From Lingula anatina (Eukaryota > Animalia > Brachiopoda), in assembly GCA_051362555.1 (NCBI GenBank), contig CM120642.1, forward strand, positions 31,744,001 through 31,808,000: a DNA stretch of 64,000 nt. Reading direction: 5' to 3'. How positions within the stretch are numbered: the first letter of the stretch is position 1; each line of letters opens with the position of its first letter. The notes under the pieces are model-generated. The model was not told the origin of the DNA. It did no database searches and saw only the letters and a program-made list of their open reading frames with translations. A program made the translations under genes and the position numbers. Shown piece by piece: positions 49,470 through 62,600 of the stretch.

Positions 49470-51453
49470 ATAGTTAGCCATACTGAGAATTTTTTCCTGA
49501 CATCTTGCTAAATACCAAACCTATTAAAAGTTGCTAACATTGCTTGGATGGGATAATGTAAAGTAATAACGTTACGTTTGTGCTCCTTCTCAAGTGTACG
49601 GAGACTTGAGGGCTATATCTCTGTCTCATATTTATATATAAGTATGTGTGGAGAGTCTCATGCTATATATATAGTAGTCCAATACGTGTATAGCTTACAT
49701 GACAAGATGTGTGGGTCTATACAGATTAAAATATCGGGTTACTTACTTTAGCCCTGGCCTGCCATTACTACATGTACATGTAGTATTTCTTTACCACACA
49801 GAGCCCGTTTCAGAAAAGATTCATAAAATGGAGTTAAGTATCCAAGAAAGGAAATTGTGATCTTAATGGGTAGATAGACCATTTATTTCAACATCAGCAG
49901 GGAGTAAAAATATAGCAAAGTAATACAATGCATTACATATAGGCCTACAATCAAAAAAGGAAAAATTACATAATCACCGTTTATCCATGTAAGTGTCTCT
50001 AATATACCCAGTTAAGATGGACATATTCAGCAATGACATATACAACTAGAAAAATACTCCGTTTAATACATATACTACATGTACGTGACAAAACGTCGCA
50101 TTTTGGGCTTGCTGTTCCACAGACATCCTACAGAGCAAAATTTAATTATAAGATTAATGATTTGGTCCGCTTCAATTCAAGATCAATATGCAAATCTTTG
50201 GATAAAGGAAATATCGTCTGAAAAATTAGCCATATGTCATTTGTCATAAAATGCGTATTGTTTTGTTTAATTAGACAAGTACTAATGCTTTATCGTGGGT
50301 TATGGTAGAAGTGGGCTAAAAATCAGATCAGTTTTCTGGCTAGCGCTCTTTTGCAAAACCGCCCCCTTTTTAACCGAGTAGGAGAGAATCGCTTTTGGAC
50401 ACGCTGATGGACACGAAGAACAATAAAGTTTTATACCGGGGGGTTCGTTCTTAGAGTACAGATCTTCTTTTGGTTGACAACGAAAAAGATGCAACAAAAA
50501 TCATACGCTATAACACAATACCAGCATTACAGTCAGCAGCACTCCTTCACTGAATAAGTGGGCAGCTGGTGAGAATATTACATGTGTATTAGCGAGCTTT
50601 ATAGCTAGCCAGCTGTACATTTGGTGTACAAGTAATATATCCTAGTATTATATCCTTTAATTACATTTGTTTGTAGATGAAATTATAAATAAACAGTAAA
50701 GTAAGTAATACCTATACCTGCAGCTATCAGGATTACATTTATTTTCCATTTTATATCTTCTTTTGGTACAACTCTTCTCATATTGCATCATTTAGTTTAT
50801 ATTTGTAAGAGTATAATATACAAACATCTTCTCTTGGCGTTGTTGTTATTAAACTATAATTATACAAATATAACCTTTCTGGGCATAACATTTTTGTTTT
50901 AATATTCTTTCTGTTAATATTTCTCACAGTTGTTTTGGTTAAGAGCTACACTGGCGGGACACAGTTTTTCTTTATTAAATAAAGGTACTCTCGCTTCGCT
51001 GGGCAAATGTACGATAGTGGACAAAGATAATTTACCTTAACATAATTTACCGTTAGGGTCCAGGGATGGGAGTAAAGCTCGTTTCGCTTTGCTAACTAGT
51101 ATCTTGATGATCATTATTAATGGCCTCTGTCCATTTAGTGTATGCATACACAAGAATACGTGCAGCTGTGTGTGCTATTTGTTTTCATGTGCTGTTATTT
51201 GGACTATCCCATCTTACCAAAGATCATCCAGGGCCCGTACTGACTCCCCCTTAAACGCGCAAGCAAAGTTAATGTTCTTTTCGCATCTTGGAGCACTTTT
51301 AACGCCGGGGTTCCAACGCCAGCGATCGAGAATACCGCTTATTGTGTCTGTATATTTGAGATATCAAAAGACTGGGCTCTGTAAAGGAGACGACGCTAGT
51401 TAGCGATCTTTAGAATTGAAGCCGGGTGTTGTAACGGACACAAAGACGTCGCA

Positions 51454-54400
51454 ATGCACTTCGACGATCTTCTTAAGACTCTTGGAGAGTTTGGCACCTT
51501 TCAAAAGAGAAGATACGCCCTGTTGTGTATACTGAGCTTCCAGTCGGTAATGGCTACTCTGGGAATTGTGTTTTTTGGTGCTCAGATGGACCATCATTGT
51601 AAGGTCCCTGCTCACTACATAGACTGGGTAACACAGGCGTATGGAAACGTTTCACAGGAAGAACTTTTAAATATTACCATACCTCGAAATAAAGACGGGG
51701 AGAGAGAACAATGTATCTTGTATAGATTTGACAATGACACTCGTTTGGAGGCAATATACAGCATAGCAGATGGTCGAAACATAACTTCTGAATTTTCCCA
51801 CAGTTTCGGAGCACTACATTTGGAGAGAAGTAACATCACTACAGAACCATGTCCAGAAGGAAGAATTTATAGCCAGGAACCGTTTAAGAGCACACTTGTT
51901 TCTGAGGTTGATACAGAAGTTGTTAAGACATTTTTATATTAAGTTTAAGTGATGTGAAGTGTACATTACTTTATTTTCATACCGTACAGATAAAATACTG
52001 TTTCTAAAATACAGACTTGACATTTAATATGGAATATTTTAGTTTTAAAGGTATACCTAGGTAAAAATGCGTTCTTTTTTTAAAAAAATCAGATTTCAGA
52101 TAAGACATCTGACTGGAGAAGTGTTAAGTCAGGTGTGTCGCTGCCAATTAACTGACTACCAAGTCTGTTGCACTGCTGCTTTGTGTAATATGCAGTAATT
52201 TAATTGGGCAGTGCTCCTTTGGGCTAGTCAAAGCTTGGCTTTGGCGAAGGATGGTTCTGTCAGTAAAGTATCCATATGTCCGCAAATACTGCATAGAAGA
52301 ATTTGAAATTTTGCATGCAAGCAGTCGGTTTTGCAGTGCGTAAAATGAGTTAAGCAGCGTTTTAGAAAACTGTTAAGCTGTGCCAGAATGGCGCGAAAAA
52401 CACAGATATTGCCAGACAGATTATTGTGTCAAACGGAACGGTCTACACAGTTTTATAGAGTTATGCTCAGTTTGAGGCACTACACAGAGACCAAGCCCAA
52501 AGCATCGACGTCTTACCACCAGGGTATAGGACTCACTGTCCTTCAGGATATGCTGCTGCAATTAAACCAAAACTTCCCAGTCCGTTTTGAATGAGGGACA
52601 AATTGTCACCAAAACTTGTTTTTCAAGGCTCTTAGCGAACACCAAACTGATTTCAGCAGGTTAGGATTCCAGGCGACCTCTGAGGAAACCACTGTAAACA
52701 GCAAAGCAGCCTAGTCTGTTTCTCTAATGAATTGGGGACCATGACAGTTTCTGGATAAAACACTGAAACCGCGTGGCTTCTTTATTGAGGCCAGATTTAA
52801 CCTGTACCGCTAAACTGGTAAAAACAGAGTTTACAGACATTCTGAAGAGGCCTTCGACGAAACGTGTGCCTCTTCTTAAGTGGCTAGGGTCATTGACAGT
52901 GTCAGTATTTGGAGTGGATACCACATTGGTGCCAAAACACCAATGGTAGTCATCGATAAAAACCTGAACCAGATCAAATAAAGGAATAATCTGGGAACCA
53001 CTTGACTATTATTTGATAGGGGGCACCTTAGGAACAATTTAAGGTTGCAGGGTGAGGTTGCCGGTTCACACAGAGCACATTTAATAGCAGATAACTTACA
53101 GAACCAAGGGAATGAGTAGCTACCTTGGTCATCAAAATCGCCATATTTGAACCACATAAACAATATGTGTGTAGGTCATTACTAGCCGAATCAACGGCCT
53201 GCATGTCCTACATCAAAACTGAGCCAAATTGGACAAGTTTTAACCGTATTCTGGAATTTTATTCCGGATTAAACTCTAAAAAGCCTATCATAAGAAATGC
53301 CTTGCGGCTTGAAAGCTCTGGTAGCAGCGATATGAGGTCAAGCGTAACAGCGACTGTTGCTTGACTAGACACTGACATGGGGGGCCTTTGTGGGGCGTGT
53401 AACTCTTGTAAAGACAATAATTAGGAAAATATGGAGATCCAAAATATCGCTTACAATGGTTGTCGTTTGACTTAAAATAGGCAATGTATTTTTGTTTGCT
53501 TCACTGACATATTCAATTAATGAACTGATGTCACAATGACATCGAAGAGATTATCAAAAGTTATTAAAACACGATTTTAATCCTTATTTTCATTTATCAG
53601 TCAGCAAAATAGGAAAAAAACTGATGAATTATGTTTTTGAAAAAAATATTCCATATTAAATGTCAAGTCTGTAGTTTTCTTTCTGTTAAGAGGTCGAACA
53701 AAGCATTCGATTGTTACCTGGTACAATGTACGTGCACCGTTCAGTTGTTATATGTATGTTCTAAATCCGAGATGGTAACTTATAACATTACCTATTTAAT
53801 AAAGCATATTTATTAAATATTTTATGCAAAGTAATGAGAAATCTGTTTCTATTTTCAAGTTTGACCTGTCTTGTGAGAATGCTTGGCAACTGAGTACTTG
53901 CAAGTCAGTGTTGTTTGCTGGAAAACTTTTGGGAATCTTAGTGTCAGGTGTGATATCAGACAGGTAAGCAGCATACATGTTGTTATTTAAAAACATTTAA
54001 AAGAAATTTAGTGTTGTCCGTATGTTTTGTACACCTTTTGTAAGGCCAGGTTTAATTTTTGTTTTTCAGATTTGGAAGACGGCATGTGTTTTTGTTCGGT
54101 CAGGTTTGTCTGGCTGCGGCGGGGATCAGTATAGCGTTCGCTCCAAACATGCTGACTTTTTCTATTCTGTACGTTCTTCAAGGATCATGCGACTCCCTGT
54201 CCTACTTAACCATCTACACACTCGGTAGGTGCTTTCATTTGGTCTACGTATGACCAGTAGGTCAAGTTACAATTGCACATTACAGAAGCGTTGACACGGA
54301 ACAGTCACGCCGACCATGTCCGTCAAATGTTAATATTATTTACGCGGCTTCACACCGAAAGCCTCGAAGACGTACATAGTGCAGTGTAAGGCGTATGGCA

Positions 54401-57400
54401 GCATTTGGAGTCGGTGGCTATAGAATCTGCATAAAGCAGCCTGATTTTTGTCAATCGGTGCAATTTCATGCATGTTACACGTGTCGCTAAATTGCACATG
54501 TATAATATAAGGTGTTAGGCATAAGTTCTACAGTTGCAGTTACTTTTGAATGGAAGTCCATGTTTATATCGAAATCGAAAAGTTGTTTTTATTTAAATGA
54601 AATTCTAAAATATAAAGTATATTTAATAAAAAATCTTCTTCTTCAAATTCATACCATATTCAAATACCATCTTACTCACCTGTTCAATAATGGATAAAAT
54701 TTAATGCAAAAAATACTTCTTAAGATTTACAACTTCTTAACTTTTTACATTTGTTTCCAGGAATGGAGTTGGTAGGTACAAGTAAGCGACGTATGGCCGG
54801 CCTCATCATCGGAATGTTTTTTGGTTTAGGACACGGATTAATTGCACTGGAGGCGTACTTTATACACAACTGGCGCCATCTAGCGTTGGTGGCAAATTCA
54901 CCGGCAGTGTTCTATACATTGTTTTGGTTGTAAGTCATTGGCGTTTTATAATTTATTTACAGTCAGAATTTGTAAGGCAACTCTAAGCATAAAGGGTGGT
55001 TTCTGTTCACCTTTGGTAAATTGAAACATCCAGATTTATATAGTTACATGTTTCTCATTTTATTGTTATGTTCTGCAATGCAATGATGACCGGAATATAA
55101 TAAAGATGAATAGTTCTAAAACAAAGATTTTGATGGTAGTAAAAAGTGGAGAAAAAGTGAATGAAAAATCAAGTTTTCGTTGTTTTAGAAAAAACGCGTT
55201 GTGATACGTTTCTATTGCAGGGTTCTTCCAGAGTCGGTACGATGGCTGCTCGCTCATGGTCGACATGAAGAAGCAAAGGCAATCATTACAAGAGTAGCTG
55301 CCGTCAACAAGGTCACACTGGATCCAGATGTACTCGATGGCTTTTTGTTAAAGGGAGACCAGGAGAAGAGGGTGACGCACACTCCTGTTGATTTATTTAA
55401 AACTCTGAATAGGGCTAAAGTTACTCTGAATCTTGCATTCGTCTGGTAAGTAACCTTAATGAAATCCATAATTTTGATGTGGTTAGTTAATAGATTTTAA
55501 TTTAGTCTACAATATAATATCTACTGGGAATAACTGATATCAATGTTTCTTATAGATTTTAAAGACTACACCTCAGGCAAACGTTATATTATACTACGCC
55601 CCTTTCACACGTTTTAGACCTATACATTTTCATAATCCAGGTTGGTGAACGCTTTGGTATATTATGGCCTCTCCTATGGTACTCAAGATCTCGGGGGCAA
55701 CCTGTACCTCAATTTTACACTTATGGGCATGGCAGATATTCCCGGACAGTTACTTGCGCTTTTCATTTTGGATAGGATAGGGCGTCGAAAGATTCTGCTC
55801 ATCTTTATGGTATTTGGTGGACTGGCATGCATTGTTGCTGTTCTCATACCAAAAGGTAAGTCTAAAATGCAATTCGATCAATGCTGTTTCCTCGAACATC
55901 AAATGCAACTTCAGAGACTTAATTCCTGATCATGGAAATGGTGTACTGAATTATGGATACAACAAGCTGTAAGGAAACGACTTTTAGTGTAGGGAGTGCT
56001 ATCTTATGTCCCATTTGTCTAAACTAGGCCAGGATTACACAACACCGTAATGGCAATTACCGAGTGCACGTCTAGTACTGTGTTGAGTTCATAACTTGAC
56101 GGAGTGCACACAATCAAAAACTTTTGATTTAAAGAAAGAAAAATTCAGATTTGATTCATTGTAATAATTGTCAAGATTCAACCATTTGTACATAGAACTA
56201 CATTTTTCCGTGGACATAAGTAACCTTTTAGCAATTTCGGCCAATAGTTTAAAGTCTTAACACAAAGCACAAGTTTCAGGAAAAGTAATTCTTCAGTTTT
56301 GTTTGACTTCAATTAATAATCGACATCTTGCATTCCAGACCTGCAATGGCTGACTGTAACACTGGCTTTACTGGGGAAGATGGCAATAAGCACCTCCTTT
56401 GCTATCATCTATATTGTTACTAGTGAGATCTATCCCACTGTGATAAGGTCAGTTGCGTCTCCTTCCGCAACATAAAATAGTGCCTTTTGGTCTGGTGACT
56501 TTACTAGCCCGTACTAACTTGAGCATATCAAGCAATACGGTATTACATGCAAGCTGTAGCCAAATTCTCAACATGGTTACAAAATTGATTTTTAGAGTCT
56601 TCTAGTAGAGGTGAAAATGGTAAAATGTGCCTGTTAACATATTAGTGCTCAATAGAGTATATATACATGTATATATGAAAGTTGCGGATTGACTTTTAGA
56701 CGTTTGTGTTGACTTAAAAGGAAGGTTGAAAAGTTATGGAGACAAATTAATTGAGTGCCAGGGCCATGTCAAGCAGTGTTTCTTATAACCAACAGTATTT
56801 CGATTTAGGTATAAGTAATATTATTGAGATGTTAACATTTTAAGTTAAGTTCCTCTTTTCTCATTCCATATACATTGTACCCGTACATGTATTGTACAAC
56901 TTTGGAAAACCATTAAATGAAGCAAAATTTGCAAAATGCAGGGGTGTTATTGACGTTTGGAATGGTCTTTGCAATAATTTCCGAATCATAATGTAACCAG
57001 TAACACTATACTTGTACCCCAGGCAGTTTCCAATCCCTACCTGGAGATAATATTACTTATATGCGGTTCCACCTGCAGCATTCAAATTGGGCTGTTATGA
57101 CTATGCAAGTTATTACGAATGAAAAGGGTTAAATTTCGATAAACCAGGAGCCGGGATTTCCCTGACATGTTGGAACTATCCCATGTGATATTTGATACCG
57201 TGTAATTTACAGGGTGTGTCTTAAGATGGGGTAGACATGCGGATATCGGAGTACATTGTACTTCTTAAACCTTTTGGATGAGAAATGCATGTACCATAAA
57301 TAGAATACCGCGGGCACTTCAATTCAAAATAAAAGTTTTTTTCTTGATTTGCTATTGAGAAGTTACCGGCATTATGCACCTGAATTACTTACACTTACTA

Positions 57401-58139
57401 AAACTGCTTGGGGGGGGGGGGGGGGGGATTAATTATCGTTTAGCAACTTCAGTAAGCGTGTCAGATATCTAAGCCGCTTAAGCTGAAAGCAGTTTAGCGA
57501 GAAACCCCTTGGAGATATATCGATCCTGTGAACCCAGTCTAAGTCACTGTTTCTCATCATTCTTAATAAAGTTGTAATTGTTTTCATTATTTGTAATTGG
57601 TTTTAATATCAAATTGTTCGAATCACAAGGGACTATTTCTTTTCCTCAGGCACGTCAGCTTAAGCGTTCATTCCTCGGTTGCACGGTTAGGTGGTCTTTT
57701 GGCCCCTCAGATTCTCCTCTTGGAAACTATCTACAAGCCGCTGCCGTTCATAGTAATTGGGTTGTGTTCCGTGACCGCCGGAGGGCTGACGATGTTGCTG
57801 CCAGAGACCCTGGGAAAGCCCCTGTCTCAGACCATGGCCGCTTTCGACACGGTGATAAATGGAAGGTTGGTATTAACTGCTTCTTCATTTATTATCCTAT
57901 TTTAATATTGAGGTAAACAGCTGAGGCATTGGGATTTTTGTCATAACATATATTTTATTTTTGCTCTTTAAGCTGTTGAATATGCACAAATACAAATGGT
58001 CAAATGTTTTTTTCTATATTTATCTCATTGGCATTGTTTTATAACGTTTTATTTGAAAGTATGTATCGTTATATATTGCAGTTCCAGAACAGCAATGCAT
58101 CAGAAGCAAGAGGAGTGTGTCACTGATACCGACGTATAG
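51454..58139 (+). CDS. SLC22-family organic cation transporter, paralog C
   Basis: Exons 51454-51906, 53860-53963, 54070-54224, 54761-54929, 55221-55445, 55641-55855, 56339-56447, 57650-57865, 58082 (or 58088)-58139. Highly similar to A; ends ...CVTDTDV*. Confidence 0.92.
52012..53671. mobile_element. ~1.66-kb TA-flanked Tc1/mariner-like non-autonomous element in intron 1 of paralog C
   Basis: TA|CAGACTTGACATTTAATATGGAATATTTT ... AAAATATTCCATATTAAATGTCAAGTCTG|TA, perfect 29-bp TIR; the same intron is only ~260-270 nt in A and D. Confidence 0.85.
57428..57530. mobile_element. Degenerate half copy of MITE family A
   Basis: TAATTATC...TAAGCCGCTTAAGCTGA...GATATATCGATC aligns with the 3' half of copies 2-4. 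Confidence 0.5.
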
Positions 58140-59687
58140 AAAAGAACATTTTTTGGCAGGAAAATATTTCATTATGACTATTCAGCAGAAGAATTAAAAG
58201 TGGACTAGTCACCTTTAATGAATTTCTTCGTCATATCAAAGTGATAATGACGCTTATGGACGAACCAAACTAAGGTCATTGGTATCGATACTTGGAGAAC
58301 AAAGTGTACATATATATATATCTAAAGACTCTGTGTGTCTTAAAGCTCATGAGTTAACTGAGTTTCATGACCTACTTTTTACACCATTTATCCTTTTTGC
58401 GATTGCCCAAAGTTCATTGCATGCATTATCAGTTTAAGTTTGGGGAAGACATTCTATAAAGCCTTATTCGCTTCGGCGTGAGGAAATAGGTTAACTCTCC
58501 TTAATGTTGATATCAAAGTAAAGATAAAAAACAGAATGGCATTGCATTCCTTTCTTTAATGATTCAAAAATCGCAATTTAAACAATTTTACTACATATTG
58601 CCGATACGGTTGGATGCGTTATGACCATAGTCTAAATGCGTAGTAATGACGCAGAAGGCAACCAAAAGTCAGTTGCATTCAAGATTATTCCTCTCTTCTG
58701 TATTTCACCATACCTTGCATATGATCCTTTACAAGTGTGCAGTAAGATACAAACTGTTCTTTATGAAATACGTCCATCCAGACGAAATTTGAGGTTCCAG
58801 AATATTCACCTGACAAGCATCTATTTCGCTCGTGAAAATAACCCTAGTTACTGAATTAAAGCCATATGAGTTGAGAATGTTTAAATATTCCTACTTGCGT
58901 TAAACAAAGTTACATAATTTCTTTGGTTTTGTCATGTTTTATTGTCATGCTGATCATCATCATCATTAATAATAATAATAATAAAAATAATAATAATAAC
59001 TGTAATAGAAGGTTTAAAAAAAAATACTCATTAAGAGGGAATTATTTTACGATCTCGGGTTTAAAAAAGATCAAATAGATAAAATAATACCAGCAAAATA
59101 GACGGAAAAGTAAACAGAATTTGGTAAAATAGTTATGAAGTGGTTGGATAATTTTTTAAAAAACCGTTTGCTTCCTATTACCATTAGCCTCAAAACACAG
59201 CCTATATTCCAAAAGACGGCTAGACGGCTTACAAAATTTTTGGCATGGTTGGGCTTGCTTGGCGACTCCGGAACTATATTCAAATGGATGACCATGCATT
59301 TGAACATTGAAACTGATGCTTCTCACAAGTTTCTTAGTTATGCCCACTTGAATATCAACCGCAATGTACTGACGGCCATTTTGGATTTTGGCACTTTGCC
59401 ATGGGTGGATTCCGGGAGGAAATTATTCTTCCATTCATATTAATTGAACTGTTATTGGACCAAATTCAGTTGAAAAACATTTGTAAACATTTCTTTCAAC
59501 TACGATGGGAAACTTCGTTCGTTTACTCTGCTTCTTTACAACGCAAAGATAATTTGCCGATTAAGAACCCTAGTTTAACCCTTGCGGTTTGTTTGCAAAA
59601 TGGTGTGAGTAATTATTCATGATGTAGTAATTAGGCTATTTGTAAGTACCTTCCAACTGCATGAGAAGTCTCTGGTAAGACGACGCA

Positions 59688-62600
59688 ATGCACTTCGACG
59701 ATCTTCTCAAGACTCTTGGGGAGTTTGGCACCTTTCAGAAGAGACAATACGCCCTGATATGTATACTGAGCTCCTTGTCAGTCATGGGTACGTTGGGAAT
59801 TGTGTTTTTAGGTGCTCAGGTGGACCATCATTGTAAGGTCCCTACTCACTACATAGACTGGGTAACACAGGCGTATGGAAACGTTTCACAGGAAGAACTT
59901 TTAAATATAGCCATACCTCGAAATAAAGACGGGGAGAGAGAGCAATGTATATTATATAGGTACGACAACGACACTCGTTTGGAGGCAATATACAGTATAG
60001 CAGATGGTCAAAACATAACCTCTGATTTTTCCCACAGTTTCGGAGCACTACATTTGGAGAGAAGTAACATCACTACAGAACCATGTCCAGAGGGAAGAAT
60101 TTATAGCGAGGAACCGTTTAAGAGCACACTTGTTTCTGAGGTTGGTACATAAATACAGTTATTATTTAAAGATCTTTTCTGTATAAGTTAAGTATATCAC
60201 CATCTCGAAATACTCTATCTAAAGTAAAATTCTTCCGGCCAATTTGTGTAATTGGATATCAAACGAAACGTTTAATTGTTACGTAAACCGTTAGGTTGTT
60301 ATATGTATGTTCTGATGCAGTGATGGTGCGTTATGCTAATTATGAAGGTATATTAAAGGTTTAATGCGAATTAATGAAAAAATATTTTCCATTTTTAGTT
60401 TGACCTGTCTTGTGAGAATGCATGGCAACTGAGTACTTGCAAGTCAGTGTTGTTTGCCGGAAAGCTTTTGGGAATGTTAGTGTCAGGTGTAATATCGGAC
60501 AGGTAAGCAAAGCGTGTATGTTGTCATTAAAATTATAACTTAAAAAACAGTAAGTTTTGTCCACATTTGTTTCGTGCAACTTTTGTAAAGCCAGGTTTAA
60601 TTTTTGGTTTTCAGATTTGGAAGACGACACGTGTTTTTGTTCGGTCAGCTATGTGTGGCTGCTACCGGGATAAGTTTGGCGTTCGCTCCAGACATGCTGT
60701 CTTTTTCTGTTCTGTACGTTGTTCAAGGATCGTGCGAATCCCTCGTCTACTTAACCATCTACACACTTGGTAAGTTGTTACATTTGGCCAACATAAGATT
60801 AGTAAGTCAAGTTTTAATTGCGCATTCCAGAAGCATTGACATGGAACCACCGCATCGAACATGTCTGCGGCAAATGTGAATATTAACTACGTCTTCACAC
60901 ATTTAAGTTTATCAGAGCATTTACAAAGAGGTAAAATTATGTTCAGTACAAGGTATAAGGTCTAGGTTCTAAAGATGCAGTTACGTTTGAAATCGAATAG
61001 GAAGTCCATGTTTATATAAAAAATTGAACAGCTGTTTCCAGTTGAATGAAGTTCTAAAATACAGGTAAATTTAACAACAGATATCTCTTCTTATTCAATT
61101 CCATATCATATTTAATACCATATGACTCAATTGTTTAATTATATGTTTTAATGCAGGAAGATCGTTGAAGATTTAAAACTTCTTAACTATTTGCATTTGG
61201 TGCCAGGAATGGAGTTCGTAGGTACAAGCAAGCGGCGTATGGCCGGCCTCATCATCGGAATGGTTTTTGGTTTAGGACACGCTTTACTTGCACTGGAGGC
61301 GTACTTTATACGCAACTGGCGCCATCTAGCGCTGGTGGCAAATTCACCCGCAGTGATCTTTGCATTGTTTTGGTTGTAAGTCTATTATTTAAATCTCCAT
61401 TGTAATTATTTATATTATTTATATTGTAACTTATATTACAATATAAATAATTGTAAGGCAACTCTAGGCATAAAGGGTGTTTTCTTATTAACCTTAGGTA
61501 AATTGAAATATCCAGATTTATATTGTTATCTAATTTTATTAAATCTCAGATGTTATGGTCTACGATGCAGAGACCATACAACGTTTCGCTGTCAGTGTGG
61601 ATCGCAATATAATAAAGATAAAATGTTCTGGTGCTTACATTTTGATGAAAGAAAGTAGATAAGTAAGTCTTCAATGAAACGATTATTTTTCATTTTCTCA
61701 GCAAAAACACGTTATCTATAAATACGCATTCATCGCAGGGTTCTCCCGGAATCAGTACGATGGCTGCTCGCTCAGGGTCGACATGACGAGGCAAAGGCAA
61801 TCATTACAAGAGTAGCTGTCGTCAACAAGGTCACACTGGATCCAGATGTACTCGATGGCTTTTTATTGAAGGGAGACCAGGAGAAGAGGGTAACGCACAC
61901 TCCTGTTGATTTACTGAAAACCTTGGATAGGGCTAAAGTGACACTTAATATCGCTTTGGTCTGGTAGGTTGAGCGTACGTTATGCTTTCCAATGAAATCC
62001 AGCAATTGATATGGTTGGTAATAGGTTTTATTTTGACATGTAGCATAAAAAACTACTGGTAATAAAAAACATCTATATATTATAACTAATATCATACCGG
62101 AATGATTTCTCGTAGTATGGGAATTATGTATTATATACCGACCGGAAGCCCTTGTGGTTAGAGTGTCCGCCTCCGGAGCGGGAGGACGTGGGTTCAAAAC
62201 CCGTCCGGGGACATACCAGTCCTTTATAAACGGTACCTTCTGTCTCCCCGCTTGGCACTCAGCACTAAGGGGTTGAAGCAGGGTCCTGGTCAGGCAGAGA
62301 ACGATATTGTAAAGTTTGATAGCACTCATACGGCAGCGGGGCTGTATCCTCCCCAGGGAGGCGAGATTGTGTACACAGCGTGTTTTGACCATTTGTATAC
62401 TTGTCATATGTATGTAAATATTTGTTAAGTCTAACGAACATATTCATATGGAGTTTAGACTTAAATAAATGTATTATTATTATTTTTTTTTTTATAAGAA
62501 ACTTGACAAAGCAAGTCTCTAGCATTTACGAACCTACACGTTTATTTTCCAGATTGTTGTGACTAGACTTCATAGAGTATTTGTCAATTTTTTATTACGA

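Noticed and set aside
59135-59443. LINE reverse transcriptase fragment (KWLDNFLKNR)
   Set aside because: Resemblance is limited to about 10 residues and no downstream RT motifs follow
62140-62210. tRNA gene
   Set aside because: No complete cloverleaf or oligo-T terminator; continues into a SINE body
61772-62407. 211-aa minus-strand ORF
   Set aside because: Antisense read-through of an SLC22 exon plus the SINE
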